Below are positions 1 to 12,931 of a DNA stretch of 64,000 nt, piece by piece. Each line of letters opens with the position of its first letter. Positions within the stretch are counted from its first letter, which is position 1. Below the pieces are notes generated by a model. That model was not told the origin of the DNA and searched no databases. It saw only the letters and a list, made by a program, of their open reading frames with translations. Position numbers and translations under genes: made by a program. Source of the stretch: Lama glama. Lineage: Eukaryota. Location: positions 53,756,001-53,820,000 of the forward strand of contig CM052816.1 in the NCBI GenBank assembly GCA_028534125.1, read 5' to 3'.

Positions 1-8
1 ATGCAGCG
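1..8 (+). CDS. AP3B1: AP3B1 3' end of upstream exon (~exon 8), partial; encodes (N)AA
   Basis: AT GCA GCG followed by donor gtatgt; joins in frame to VVMAVAQ to give ...NAAVVMAVAQ of AP3B1. Confidence 0.8.
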
Positions 9-479
9 GTATGTTAAAACCATTATAAGAAATAACTCACAATTTTTTTTAAACAATGCTTAAAAATATGTAAGTTCAGTAAACAAGTCTTTATTCTGGA
101 GTGTGCTAATGCAGCATGTATTTATTTGTTTGTATTCTAAAAATCAGGTTTTGATAGGAGTACTTGGTTTGATAGCTGTATGCCTCCTGGACTTCATTTC
201 TTTCTTTGTAGTTTTGTTAGTTGGATTCCTAGATATGAGCTCAAGATGTTTCCCAGTTCTTTGGAAGACTGTGTATTTCTCTATTATTGGATTGCAGTTG
301 TGAGTACTTACTCTGCGTATCAATCCATAATATTTGTATTTACCTAATAAGAGTTTTGAAGAGACTAGCGTAGTACCTCATACATTTAACTGGTAGGAAT
401 AATTAAAAATCATCCTAATTTGAATCTAAGTTTTTTGTTTGTTTGTTTTACATGTTTTAGTTATTTTTTATTCTCAGTA

Positions 480-790
480 ACCGTTTGTGTTTTAGAAGAA
501 TGCACATGCACAGTAGAAAACTAGAAAATACAGACTAGCAAAACTAAATAAAATTAAAACATTATATTTCCATCACTCAGAAGTCATAGCTATAATATCT
601 TAATGCAGTTTTTTCCAGATCTTTTTCTTCTGCATAAATATACATACTTCACATGTGTATATGTCTGTGTATGTATATTTTTTAAGTCAAGATAGGAATC
701 ATACTACACAGAGTATTTTTTTAACCTTTTTTTTTTCCTGGTCAGTTCTCTATTTCTGTTTCAGTAAAATTTCATCTCATTTAATTCTAC
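480..790 (-). mobile_element. Ancient L1 (L1ME-like) 3' fragment
   Basis: Degenerate similarity to recalled old L1 3' ends; boundaries approximate. Confidence 0.45.
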
Positions 791-3060
791 TCTTTGTTAA
801 ATTCTTTTATAAGTGATTCATCTAAACCAGTTATGCTGCATCCCGTCTGGTTGGTGTATCTTTTAAACCTCTCAGGTCTTGCAGAATGTTTCTCTGGGTT
901 TGTCTGGTTGCTTCCTTTTCTATATCCTGTGTTTCTTGTTAACTGGAAGTTTTATCTAAAGGCTTTGAAGATTCAAGTTAAATATTTTCCTTAACTTCTT
1001 TTAATTAAAAAATTCTTAATGAATTATTCTGTTTAATTAGTCAAAACTTTGAAATGTGAATTTCCCTTGAGCTCCTTTGTTTCCTGATCTTGAGAATTTA
1101 GTGGTTGGAGCTTTGTATATGTATCTTAGAAGTTAGTAGGAGTTTTTACCTTACACCTAGTAATTTAGTTTCTAAATCATGATTAAGTAACTATGCACAG
1201 TAATAACAAATGTTATTTTATTGTTGTGAAATATATATGTACTTTAGTGTGTTCTAGCTTGGCCTGATGGTACTTAAAGTAGCTGTAACTTGGCATCTAA
1301 AACTCTACTTTATAAGTAACTCATTATTAATTTAACTTTGTTTTGTAAATTGGTTTTATAGTCCAAATACTTACTGATTAAAACTGTTCCTGAATAGTGA
1401 AACAAAATAGAGATAGTTTGTACTTTTTTGTCCCAGTTATGTTTTGGTTCCCTGCTTATTTGATTGTGTACCGAGTAGAGGTAGTTTATTTTTTGTTGCA
1501 ATACATTTTGACATCCTGCTTTTTTGATGCCCCTAAATATACATGAAGCTGGCTTTTGAAGGCCTGTGAACAGATATTTTTGTTTTAGCCTTATTCTCAA
1601 CTTACACGAGAAACTGAGAATTTGTTTCAGGAAACTTAGCTTGTCAATGTCCTGTCAATTCACTTGGAGATAAGAGATACTGGAAAAACATTGGGAGGCT
1701 AGCAATCTAGACAAGGTGGTGGTGATATAAATGGGTAGGGATGGAAAAGTGCTTATAGGGCATACTCTATTATGAACATACATGTAACTGTTGAAGGCCT
1801 CTGCGGTTGCACATTTTTAGTTGTTTTGGATTTTGGAGTTATGGGAGCTTACCCTCTTGGCTTTTACAAATTCGACTGTAAGTTTCAAATTTAGCATATT
1901 AAAGAGACTTTACAGTCAGATTTGTATATATGGGAAAAAAAAGAAGATCATTTAGCCCTTCTGGGTTTGGGAGTGCCCTAATTAATACATTAGAATAGAT
2001 GATGTACTAAGTGGAATCGAGAATTTTAAAAAATATTGACATATATAGAAAATACAGTTTATTATGCTTCAACTTTCTTTTCTATCATATATGAATACTT
2101 ACCAGCCAGCAGTATGCTGTAGTATTTTAAAAAAACAACTGTCACCTATTTGTAGATTGTCAGTCATTTATTGAGTTTTTCTTAATAAGATTTTAAATTA
2201 AGGAGGGTTTGTTCTATAAAGTGTATTTGTGGCTCACTAGTGAAGAAATAAGGTATCGTTAAACTTTTCAAATTTCCGAGCAATGTCTGAAAGCGATAAA
2301 TCTGTCTTGTTAAAAAAAAAAAGTACACGAAAATGCCAAACAATAGTAAATTTATGATCCTGTAAATTCTATTTTTTAAAAAAGTTTCTTAATTTTAGAA
2401 GGAACTCTTTTTACTTCAAGTACCCTTAGGTACTGCATACTATTTAGCCGTATGTAAAACTCCTACCATATATGTTTGTTAAAACTTATAGTGTAAGCAA
2501 AGGTAAAGTAGTATTAATATATCTTCCTAACCAAAGATGAGATGATGTAACTTCTGTAGCTCTATCCCCGCTGTTGTCACGTGCTAAGCTGGATACGTTA
2601 AGTAAGTAGGAAGTCTGGAGTCTTGATCTCTGGATCTCAGCGTAGAGGCATATAGGATAATAGGGGAAACATAGTATTTTTATATTTTATGACAGAGAAA
2701 TTCTGATCATCCTTATAATGGCTTTCAACCAAAGACTATTTTTAAGGTTCTGCATTTTGAAAAACAAGATCATTTCAAATGCTGCTGTTTTAGAGGAGTT
2801 GTTTTAATAGAGTCCCCTTAATTATAATTTAAATGTACTGACTTTTCTTTAGAAGTTTTTAACCTACTTATTGCTGTTACTCTTAAGTGTCTGGCTTAAT
2901 TTGGAAAGGCTCACAATTTTTTAAAAAAAATTCCTTGCCTCAGAGCAGCAGCAGCACTAGGAAGAGTATAGGATTTGGAGTGTGTGTGTGTCGGGCTTTG
3001 CCAGGTGTTGGCCGTCAGACCTCAAGTAGTTCATTTAACATCCATTTTCTTTTCTGAGGA

Positions 3061-3487
3061 TGTATTGGTTTCTTAGGGCTGCCATAACAAATTACCAAAA
3101 ACTGGGTGAATTGAAACAACAGAAGTTTACTTGCTCACATTTCAGGAGGCCGGAAGTCCAGAATCAAAGTGTCAACAGGCTTGGTTCCTTCTGGAGGCTC
3201 TGCGGGGGAAACTAGCTTCCACTCGTTGCCAGCAGTATTTGGCATTCCTTGACTTGCAGGCATCACTGCAGTCTCTGCCTCCATCTTCAGATCGCCTTCT
3301 CTGTGTCTCTGTGTGTCCTTTTCTGTCTCTTGTAAGGACACTCACAATGGATTTAGGGCCCACCCTAATCAAGTATGATCTTATCTTGGTCATTACCTTA
3401 ATAACATCTGCAAAGACTTTATTTCCAAATAAGGTCACATTCTAAGGGTAGACATGAATTCTTAGGGGAACACTTCAGCCTGTTACG
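3061..3487 (-). mobile_element. MaLR solo LTR (MLT1 family) inserted into a MIR (~2950-3060, ~3488-3590)
   Basis: tgtattggtttcttagggctgccataacaaattacc...ccaaataaggtcacattct are hallmark MLT1 motifs; explains ORFs at 3131-3445. Confidence 0.9.
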
Positions 3488-3616
3488 AAGGGTAACAACA
3501 TATTCATCTTACTTCACAGGAGTTTTGTAGTAGTTAAAGGAAATAATATGTAAAAATGTACATTGTAGTATGAAACAATGTTCATAATTTTTATTATTTT
3601 ATGCTTTATCTTTTAG

Positions 3617-3714
3617 GTGGTTATGGCAGTTGCTCAGCTGTATTGGCACATAGCACCAAAATCTGAAGCTGGCATTATTTCTAAATCACTAGTGCGTTTA
3701 CTTCGTAGCAATAG
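3617..3714 (+). CDS. AP3B1: AP3B1 exon (~9), [32 protein letters not shown](R)
   Basis: ttttag acceptor, gtagga donor, 98 nt; translation matches recalled AP3B1 trunk. Confidence 0.96.
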
Positions 3715-4207
3715 GTAGGACATGATTTTATATATGTGTTTTCTTTTGTGTAATGTTTGAATAAATAAAATGTATCTTTTAGTCATTTAACACATGGCTC
3801 TGACTATATTTTATGAATGAGACTTCATACTTAAGGGGATCTTTTTTAAAACCTTTGTATTATTTATCTCAAATTTAATGATAAATACTGAAAATTTTTT
3901 TTGGTATATAATATGTCATGTTATCAGTAGCCTAGTATTAGTGTTCAATATTTCTCGGTGTGACGGTGATAACGTTTGGGAGTTCTGTTAAATCTGGATC
4001 ACTGAAAGACTATATTAGTGTATTATCAGATTGACTTAGTGTAATTATTTACGAGCTTATATAAAGCAGCACATATGCTGAATGACAAAATTGCTGCTTC
4101 TTGTAAAGTTATAATATTTAATTACTGTAGTTTGCTCTATTTAGGAGAGCTGTATTCTTAGTAGCTACTTATTTTGAAGAAATGCATACTCTTCATTTCC
4201 TGTAGAT

Positions 4208-4250
4208 AGAAAGAAAGAAAGAAAGAAAGGAAGGAAGGAAGGAAGGAGGA
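4208..4250. repeat. Compound (GAAA)n(GAAG)n microsatellite
   Basis: Directly visible. Confidence 0.95.
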
Positions 4251-5182
4251 ATACTTTTCTGTTTAATTTTCCCTCTCTATAATTCAACAGTTCAGGTCAA
4301 CAATTTAGAAAATTTTTATTGAGTTCCCATGACATGTACTTTCACAGTTTAAGATCAGATTTTTGTCATTTTGTTTTCTGTATTTAAGAATACAGTTGTT
4401 TCAAGCTTTTTAGCTTACCCTGGATATTTTGCAATAATCAGTTATTTTAAATTAAATTTTTTTTTCATTGAATCCTTCTGCTAACAGAGTTGGGGGAGAA
4501 AGATAAATACTTATTTTTGTCCTTCACTCAAACTTAATGCCACAACTTTAGTTTGGCTTTTGCCATTCCTTAGTAAGATACTGTTCCCTTGGTGTTCCTC
4601 TGTCTTTATATATAGTGATTCTTCCCCTTGCATCAGTTCAGGAATTTTTCTTCTCCATAGCTGTTTCAAAGGTTATCAAAAGGATCAGGAATGCATCTTT
4701 CACATGAAGCATTATACCAAATTCAGTTCTATGTTCATTTCTTAGATATTTGAACATAAAATAGCATGACTTTTTTTTAACCTTTCTCCCACTCTTGGCA
4801 GAATTGAGTCGCATGGTGAGTTTTCCAGTTGATTTTATATTAACACTTTGGTCATGTTTGTTCCATTAGCCCTAAGAATACCTTCTTTGCATGTTTTCAG
4901 AGCAGCTACAGTATTGGCTTTACATCTTAGGAATACAGTATTATAAAATTTGTTTTACCTCTTTCTCATGATGATTCAAATCTAATTTATTAATAGTTTG
5001 TAAGGGAAGTGTGTTTTAAAAGAAGGCATAAATGTCTAAGATTTACTAAAAACTTTTCAATAGTATATTTAGGAGTTCCATTCAATATGAAGCTTATTGC
5101 TGATTCTTTTTCTTTAATGTACTGTTTACTTAAAGATAATTTCACTGGAAAATATACTCAGTGAAAACTCTTTAATTTCTAG

Positions 5183-5237
5183 GGAGGTGCAATATATTGT
5201 CCTACAGAATATAGCAACTATGTCAATTCAAAGAAAG
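5183..5237 (+). CDS. AP3B1: AP3B1 exon (~10), EVQYIVLQNIATMSIQRK
   Basis: ttctag / gtacgt; 55 nt, phase compatible with previous exon. Confidence 0.96.
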
Positions 5238-5321
5238 GTACGTACATTATGAACACAAAATTCAAGAGAGAAATGAATACATTGGTACCATAAATTACAT
5301 ATATTTATTTTTATAATCTAG

Positions 5322-5393
5322 GGTATATTTGAACCTTATCTGAAGAGTTTTTATGTTAGGTCAACTGATCCAACAATGATCAAGATACTGAAG
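5322..5393 (+). CDS. AP3B1: AP3B1 exon (~11), [24 protein letters not shown]
   Basis: atctag / gtatgc; 72 nt, follows an 84-nt intron. Confidence 0.96.
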
Positions 5394-5739
5394 GTATGCA
5401 TGCTCTTTATTTTTCAGATACTCTAATGCATGTTTACTTTGACACTATTGCTATAACTTCTAACATCTGCAGAATGGAGACTTGCTTTTTAAAAAAATAG
5501 ATACATTGAGAGATTTTCTTTACACTTTTTAAAATACATTGTTACATACTAATTACTGTGCTACATTCTAAAAACTAGTGAAGATATGCTACCTACACCT
5601 TAAATAACTTATAATATGTGAAGGAGACAGACATATAAATAGATAATTTCAGCACTGTGTGTTCTAAGTGATAGAGAGTTTGGATTTAGTGTTTTATCCT
5701 AGATTGTGAATTTGACTTTTCATTTTATTTTGATGAGAA

Positions 5740-6190
5740 CATTTAAATTTTCTGTACAATTTAAAAAAAAAATCTCAAACATAGAGAAAAGGTAAAAAGA
5801 AGCAGTTTTATCCAAACCATTTGGTTCTAGAGTTGCCAGGCTGATACCACATCACCCCCAAATTCATCTGTGTATATTTCCTACACACAAGGACATTGTC
5901 CTACAGACCACAGTACAACCAGGAAAACCAGAAAACTAAGACCAATGCAGCACATCTATGCAATAATCACTTATATTTAAGTTTCACTAATTATCTCAAT
6001 ATATAATAAAAAGGATCCAATTCCATATCATGTACTTACTGTATTTAGTTGTCTCCTTAGTCTCTTTCAGTCTGAAAGTTTCTCAGTCTTTTGACCTTCA
6101 GGACATTGACACTTTTGATGACTGCAAACCAATTATTTTGTAAATTTATCCTTCCATTTAGTTGTGTCTTAGGTTTTTTGGTTTGTTTTT
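5740..6190 (-). mobile_element. Old L1 (L1MC-like) 3' UTR fragment
   Basis: caaggacattgtcctacagaccacagtac...tttagttgtctccttagtctcttt resembles L1MC; boundaries approximate. Confidence 0.55.
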
Positions 6191-6787
6191 TTAATTAAAC
6201 TCAGTTTCCATGCTCTGTCTGTTCTCTGTTCTTTTTTTCCTTCTCCATGCTTTCCTTCATGTTGAATATTTCTTATGAGTAGAAACTGAAATGTTTTTAG
6301 TGAAGCTATTGGAGATAAACTTTTAATTGCGTATTTCTTATAATTATAAATCCAGAAGAGAGAAGTATAATATCTCAGTATTTGGGCTGATAGGATGAAG
6401 AAGAACAAATTAAGAGAATTAACTTTATTTGGAATGCAGAGGTATTGCATGGGGGGCAAGTTATTTTCTACCTTTATTAATAATAGAAAAAGAAGTCAAA
6501 CTACCTTAAGTCTTTAGGTTAATTAGATATACACTGTAAAGTTGGGACAAAAAAAAGAAGATACAGGATTCGCTTTTGGAAATATTTTTTAAACACTGTA
6601 TAATTATTCTCTATTTGTAGATATAGGGAGATAAAGTTCATGTGAAGGATATGATGCCTCACAACCTTTATAATAGTGTGATTAAAAAAAAAGAAATTAC
6701 CTTCCTATTAAATGTCTAACCTTTATTAAATTCATCCTTTTTTATTTGTATTTTAAAATGTATACTTTTTCTTTTTTTCTACAATAG

Positions 6788-6850
6788 CTTGAAATTTTGA
6801 CAAACTTGGCAAATGAAGCCAACATTTCAACTCTTCTTCGAGAATTTCAG
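6788..6850 (+). CDS. AP3B1: AP3B1 exon (~12), LEILTNLANEANISTLLREFQ
   Basis: polypyrimidine tract + caatag / gtttgt; 63 nt. Confidence 0.96.
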
Positions 6851-9453
6851 GTTTGTGTACAATGCTAATTATACAGTAACTTCTGAAGCATCTGTTCAAA
6901 GTTAGATATACATCTTTCTCAATTTAGAAGTGTGTAATGTTATGAATAAAACAGTGATTCAAGAAGATTGACAACTAATACATTTATAAATTTTAAGGAA
7001 TAAACATTAACTACAAATTTAAAATTTAAGAGAAATGGAATAGTAGCCCCTTTCATGTTTTCATATCATAGGATTTGAGAAACTGATTTATAACCCTTAG
7101 TTTGAAATTAAATAACTGTAAGGATTCTGTCTCTTTGTGCTGTCACCATCAATAGTCCATGCTCTGCACTCATGAAAATGGCTTCTTTTCTTACCTGGTT
7201 GTCCTGTTTAATTGACATACCACTGTTTTAGACATTGTCCTCTTAGTTTCATATATAGCTCAAAAAATTGGTTTAAAATTGCTCCTATCATAATTTTTTA
7301 AATTATTGTTAATGTTTTGTTTTGCTGTATGTTAAAAATCATTTTTTTTGAAATATGAGATGCTTTGTAGCTACACACCCCCAAAAAGTATTATTTAAAA
7401 ATTACCTCATGGATCTTTTGCACTTTATGATGGAAGGTTCATCTCTGAAGACTTAGTGGTGGAGCATAGTAATAGAAAGCCTCATATCAATATTATGGGT
7501 TTTACATCTAGTCAGCAGTTTTCTTAACAAAACTATACCACATGCTATATGCTAATTAGAGTTGTTGTCAACTCCCAGCTTTTATTTTAAGTTATTTTGT
7601 TGCCATAATCATTCCATATGCCTGTATTAAATTTCTCTTTAGCTATATAGACATTGTGTTTCTTTTTAACTATGTGATCTTATACTTTTACCAGGAATAG
7701 TAGAGTATTATAACATGTCCATGCTTTATAATTTCATAACTGGGTTACTGCCCTTTCATGCTGTATATTTTTCTAGAAAAACTCCTTGTAAAATTAGGAT
7801 GTCTTGGATACCTGCTTGTCTTAAATGTACATGCCAGAAAATAATAGTATCTCAAGTTTTTATCCAATAATTTATAGTTACAGAACATTGCTCATATTTG
7901 ACTTTTCATTCATTTTTGTTGGTTTGCTTATTTATTTATTTTTAAGTTTTTTAAGTTTCTGTCTTTGTGTTTGCAGTTGTCCCTTTTCCTGTTGTCATGT
8001 GTGATCTGTTTTTTATGTCCTTCTGCTGTCTACTTTCTGCTTATGTCTGGTTTAGTGGGGTTGTAGGGAGTGAGTCTCTCATAATTCTGTGGCATTGTTT
8101 AGTTGTATAGAGGTGACACGTTGGACCTGTTTCAGAATATTGGTGATCCAGTCATTTCATACAATATCAGGATGTTTAATATGGTCCATTGTTTAGTCAA
8201 ACTTTATAATATATTCTTTCTTCTTTTTTCCATTTTTATCACTGTCTGTATTTGTACCTTATTTCTGTGTTTATAGGTTATGTTCATAGATGTGTACATA
8301 CTTATAATAACTTCATGAGTAAAATAGAAAACTTTTCTAAAAGACTCCTTTTTTTTGAGGAAATTAGGTAATCAACTGGGAAATGGTTTTACATACAGTT
8401 AATCTTTCCTACATGGAACTAAAAGAGTTCATTTTGTTTAATTTATTTCTTTAATATTTCGTTGTGTTCTTGGTACCATTTTCAATAAATTTGTGTGTCT
8501 TTTTAGATATTCTTGGATTTTTTTCTTCCATTTGCCATTAGGCACCATTAAATGCATATCCTTTTTTGCATGTTAGATGAACATGGTGTCAATTCTACAT
8601 TGTGTACTTGTCACTTGAGGATAAGAATCTTTTAAATAAATTTCAGTTGAAAAGAGGATTTTAAATTCCATTTATATATAATATTTTCAACTGAAAATAA
8701 ATAAATATGCATATTAAAAGTACTTTTATTTCTGTACACAATAAAAGCTTAGTTTTTAAATTAGGGAAGTTATAACCAAAGTGAATTCTTTAGGTCTATA
8801 ATAAGTAAGTGATTTATTTCTAAGTTTGTATAAATATATGGTTTATGGTGTGTTTTTAAAGCATTCTTTTAAAGAAAATCTTTTTCCAGAATGTATTTTA
8901 TTTTGTTGTAAATTGAGTATTTATAAAGTCTTTATGGAAATGCTACTCACTGTAGCTATTGTATTTCACTACCGTTCAGATACCATTTTGAATGTAAAAT
9001 GTTTATCAATAGCGTATTGGTCCTTTTTCTTCTCTTCCAATTTTCAGGTTTAGTATCTCTGAAAAAGCAACCCTTTTTTCATAGATTCATAGATGCTGCT
9101 GGTTAAATGAACTGAAACCTCCAAAGAGAGAGTTCTCATCATCTCTTTCAACCTTGCACTTAAACTAATTGCTGTCTTTGGGTGACTGCTCCCCACTATC
9201 TGTTTTGGAGTCATAAGCCACTGTGGCCACAGGTGAATGAACCTGGCTTGAGACTGTGCCTCTTCTGTAGCCACATTCTTTAAATGAAAAACAAAACTAA
9301 ATTAAGTCAAGAATTGGACCTCCTGCTGAGCCTATAGGTGTGCAGATTATGTATTCTAGAATTCTCATGTATTGTCAAAGCTTAATATCATAGGGATTCT
9401 TTTGGTCACTTGATAGTGCCAATGTATAAACTAACTGAGATAATATTTTTTAG

Positions 9454-9586
9454 ACCTATGTGAAGAGCCAGGATAAACAATTTGCAGCAGCCACTATTCA
9501 AACTATAGGCAGATGTGCTACCAACATCTCAGAAGTCACTGACACGTGCCTCAATGGCCTCGTGTGTTTGTTGTCCAACAGGGATG
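9454..9586 (+). CDS. AP3B1: AP3B1 exon (~13), [44 protein letters not shown](E)
   Basis: ttttag / gtaagt; 133 nt; overlaps ORF 9460..9660. Confidence 0.97.
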
Positions 9587-10277
9587 GTAAGTTGACAGTT
9601 TCATTTTACTTTCAAATAATTTATCATTTGAATATTCTTGGTATGATCAGCAAATTGTAACTTCCTTTTAATTTTGCATTTTAGTTTTTCCTGTATGACA
9701 GTAGCATGATCACAATGAATAGTAACATTTTATCTTTGAAATACACACACACACAGTTTTTTGTTGTTGTCTTAGTAAATTAGACAGTCAACTTGTAAAC
9801 AGAATTTTCTTGCCTGAACAGAACTAAGAAAATGTAATCTGTTTATTTTATTTCTTCGCCATTGAACTACTCTCATTGTATGCTTTCCACAGAGGTTCCA
9901 TTTTACTGCTTTGTAATGGCATGTAAGTCATGTACAATATTGGTTCACCTGCAGAGGGTGCTAAAAGCAGGCAAATGACTTTATAACATGAGAAGTTGCA
10001 AAGACTAAATCAAAAAAGTATGTCAGATGTGCACCTTCAGAGTTTTTTTCCAGAAATCTACCCAATAATTTTATACTCAAGATTAATTAGATTTAGAAGT
10101 CATCAACAGCTTCATGTTTTTAAGCCAGTGTCTGAACATTTTGTAAAACTGGGTAGGTAATATCCAGTGAAATACATAGTCTAGACTTCGTGCTTTCTGT
10201 GGTAAAATGTCAGTTATTTCTATGATCTGGCTTTAGAATAAATGAGACCATTTGAAGAGGAAAGAAAAATGATTCAA

Positions 10278-10421
10278 GGGGGTAGGCTATAGTATAGCTT
10301 AAGTGGTAGAACGTTTGCTTAGCATGCATGAGGTCCTGGGTTCAATCCCCAGTACCTCCTCTAAAAATAAATAAACGTAGTTACCTCCCCCCATCAAAAT
10401 AAAAAAATAATAATATTTTTT
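10278..10421 (+). mobile_element. tRNA-derived SINE (camelid Vic-1-like)
   Basis: A box (tagcttaagtgg), B box (gggttcaatccc), A-rich tail; perfect 13-bp TSD aaaaatgattcaa at 10265-10277 and 10422-10434. Confidence 0.92.
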
Positions 10422-12595
10422 AAAAATGATTCAACTTTCTCCTTTAAAATTATTTACTTAATTTAATTAAAATGAGATTAAAACAAGAGATTCTTTTTAG
10501 GAAAAGCATAATTTTCTGTGTAAAATCATTGAAATTTTTTGTGGAATTATATCTATATATAATACAGATATAATATATCTAGGCACAGACATATGTGACA
10601 TAGCAACCATAAGGTAAAACAATGAAATAGATTTTTTTTTATATTTTATGTGAAAAATAACTTTTTCTCCTACAATGGCTCTATTGTCCCTAATTGTCTT
10701 TTCCCACATGCATATCTCTTTAGAAAGCTGTTAGCATTGTTGTAAGTACTTCCAATGAAAAAAAATTGTAAGAAAATTTATCCGAAAATGAATGATCTTT
10801 ATTGTGAGCATAAAATTATCAACTTTCACCTGTAAACTCGAAATATTATGATGGATGGAACATTTTTCTCCATGCAGTATTGTAATTCCAAATAAGTGGC
10901 AACAAAAATTATCATGGAAATAGGTTTTTTAAAAATTTGACTGTAGAAGATAACTACAGAAGACAGGATACTAAATGCCGTCCATTTTATCTATTTCTAC
11001 TTTTAACGGTAATGTTCTTTTTGTCTGTGTTTCTGTGTCACACTTTAATCACACGTTAAAATGTGAGTTTAAAAATATGTTTTCATCTTCCTGTATCTTC
11101 AGTAATGACCAAAGAAGACACACTCCAGTTTGGTTGCATACAAAAAGCACCACAAATCAGAACACTGATTATCTCTTTCAAATATGAAATATATTCAAGG
11201 TTTCTCAGTTTTATATTTTGACTGTTTTTTCTCATGTGAAATTTTCAAGCTAGATTTTAAAGCAGTTGTTTCTGCCTCAGCTTTGTAACACATTAATTTC
11301 TCAAAAAATATCTTTTATGACTTCGGTTTAAAAGATGAATATTCTGTACCCTTGTAGTACTTTTAAGGGAAGAATAGATCATTTTATAATTGGACAATGG
11401 GAGACTAACATAACTTATAATCACTCTTCAAGGTGGAAGTGTTTACTAATTTAAATACTGATACTTTACTGTTTAGGCTTTTGTCTTTGGTAAATCAAAA
11501 CTGTTTATAGACATGAATTTTTTTACTGCTTTGAATATTAAGAAACTTAAATTGTTACTTTTCAGTTTCTGGTTGCATAATCATCATTAGCCTGATTCTT
11601 TAACTCTTTATCGTATTGCTACACGTCTGTAGTTTGGAAATCTGGCTCAGTAAAAGTGAGCAGTGAAACAAATAAGGAGAATGTTTATATTAAATCAGTA
11701 ACATTAAAGAAACTAGTGATATTTTTAACTTATAATGACCAATCGTGACAACCAAGCCCCTTTCTCTTCCTATTAAAAATTTGCTTTTAGGAATAAATAT
11801 TGTGAATGAGGCCTCAGTTTCTTTAAAATCTGTAAGATCTTTTGAGGCCCTAAGGATCTGTGACTCTTTGATTTTATATTACTATGAATACCCCATCATC
11901 TCTTCAGATAATATATCTTAAAACCGTAGGGACAACTAGACTTCATTGTTTTTACATATATTTAATATATTCTTCTTAGACCTGTAGGGTTTTTTTTTAT
12001 TGCTTATTATTGTTGATTTCTTCCGTCTTGGCATGGATAGGACTTCTTGCCCTAAAATAATCCAGTTATCATTACGTAAGATTCACTGATAACCGGATTT
12101 CTTAAGGACCTTTAGGAGAAAGCTGCATTTCAAATGACTTAGGATAATTTAATTCCCTAGTTAATATTCTTTAGGTAATATATTAGCAAAATTTGCTTGT
12201 CTTTATAACCTTCTTACCATCTACTGTAAATTAAAAGGATTAGAACAGAGGACTATTTTTTGTTTTGTTTAGTTTTATATAATCTAATAAGCATTTGTTG
12301 AAGACTTGAATCAGTTGAGGTATTTAGTAATTGTTGAATAGATGAATAAGAAATTCATTCAGCCTATAAATGTTTCTGCCTTTAGAGAGCTCGTAATCTA
12401 ATGGAGGGAGACAGTAATATAAAACAAGTGTCCTGTAGTCTTCCTGTATTGACCAGTTACTCTGTTGCCGGCTATCTGCTTACAGGCAGAACTAGACTAC
12501 CTATGTTTGAATATTAATGTTACCTTGAATAAATTACCCAATCTCCCTGGGCTTCAGATTCCTCATTTGTAAAATGCATTTAAGAGTAGGCTGTA

Positions 12596-12931
12596 CTAAT
12601 CTTGAGGAACTTAAGTAAAATAAACCAGTCACAGAAAGACAAACACTGAATGATTCTACTTGTATGAGGTATTAAAATAGTCAAATTCATAGAATCCAAG
12701 AGTAGAAAGGTACTTGCCAGGGGCTGGGGGTTCGGGGGAAGGAAAGTGGGGAGCTACTGATCAGCAGGCATCAAGTTTCAGATAAGCAACATGGATAAGC
12801 TCTAGAGATCTGCTGTATGTACAACATTGTACCTGTGGTCAACACTGATGTGATGTGATGTATTAAAATTTTGTTAAGAGGGTAGATCTAATGTTAAATG
12901 TTCTTACCAAAACAAAACAAAAAGTTTTTAA
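12596..12931 (+). mobile_element. 5'-truncated L1 3' end (L1MA/MB-like) inserted in a MIR
   Basis: aaataaaccagtcacagaaagacaaacactgaatgattc motif; A-rich tail; TSD agtaggctgta at 12585-12595 and 12935-12945. Confidence 0.85.

Noticed and set aside
3131..3445. Three overlapping ORFs
   Set aside because: All lie within an MLT1 LTR and are typical LTR-derived pseudo-ORFs.
10290..10357. Apparent tRNA gene
   Set aside because: It is the head of a SINE with tail and TSD; same for the copies at 27.1 kb and 54.0 kb.
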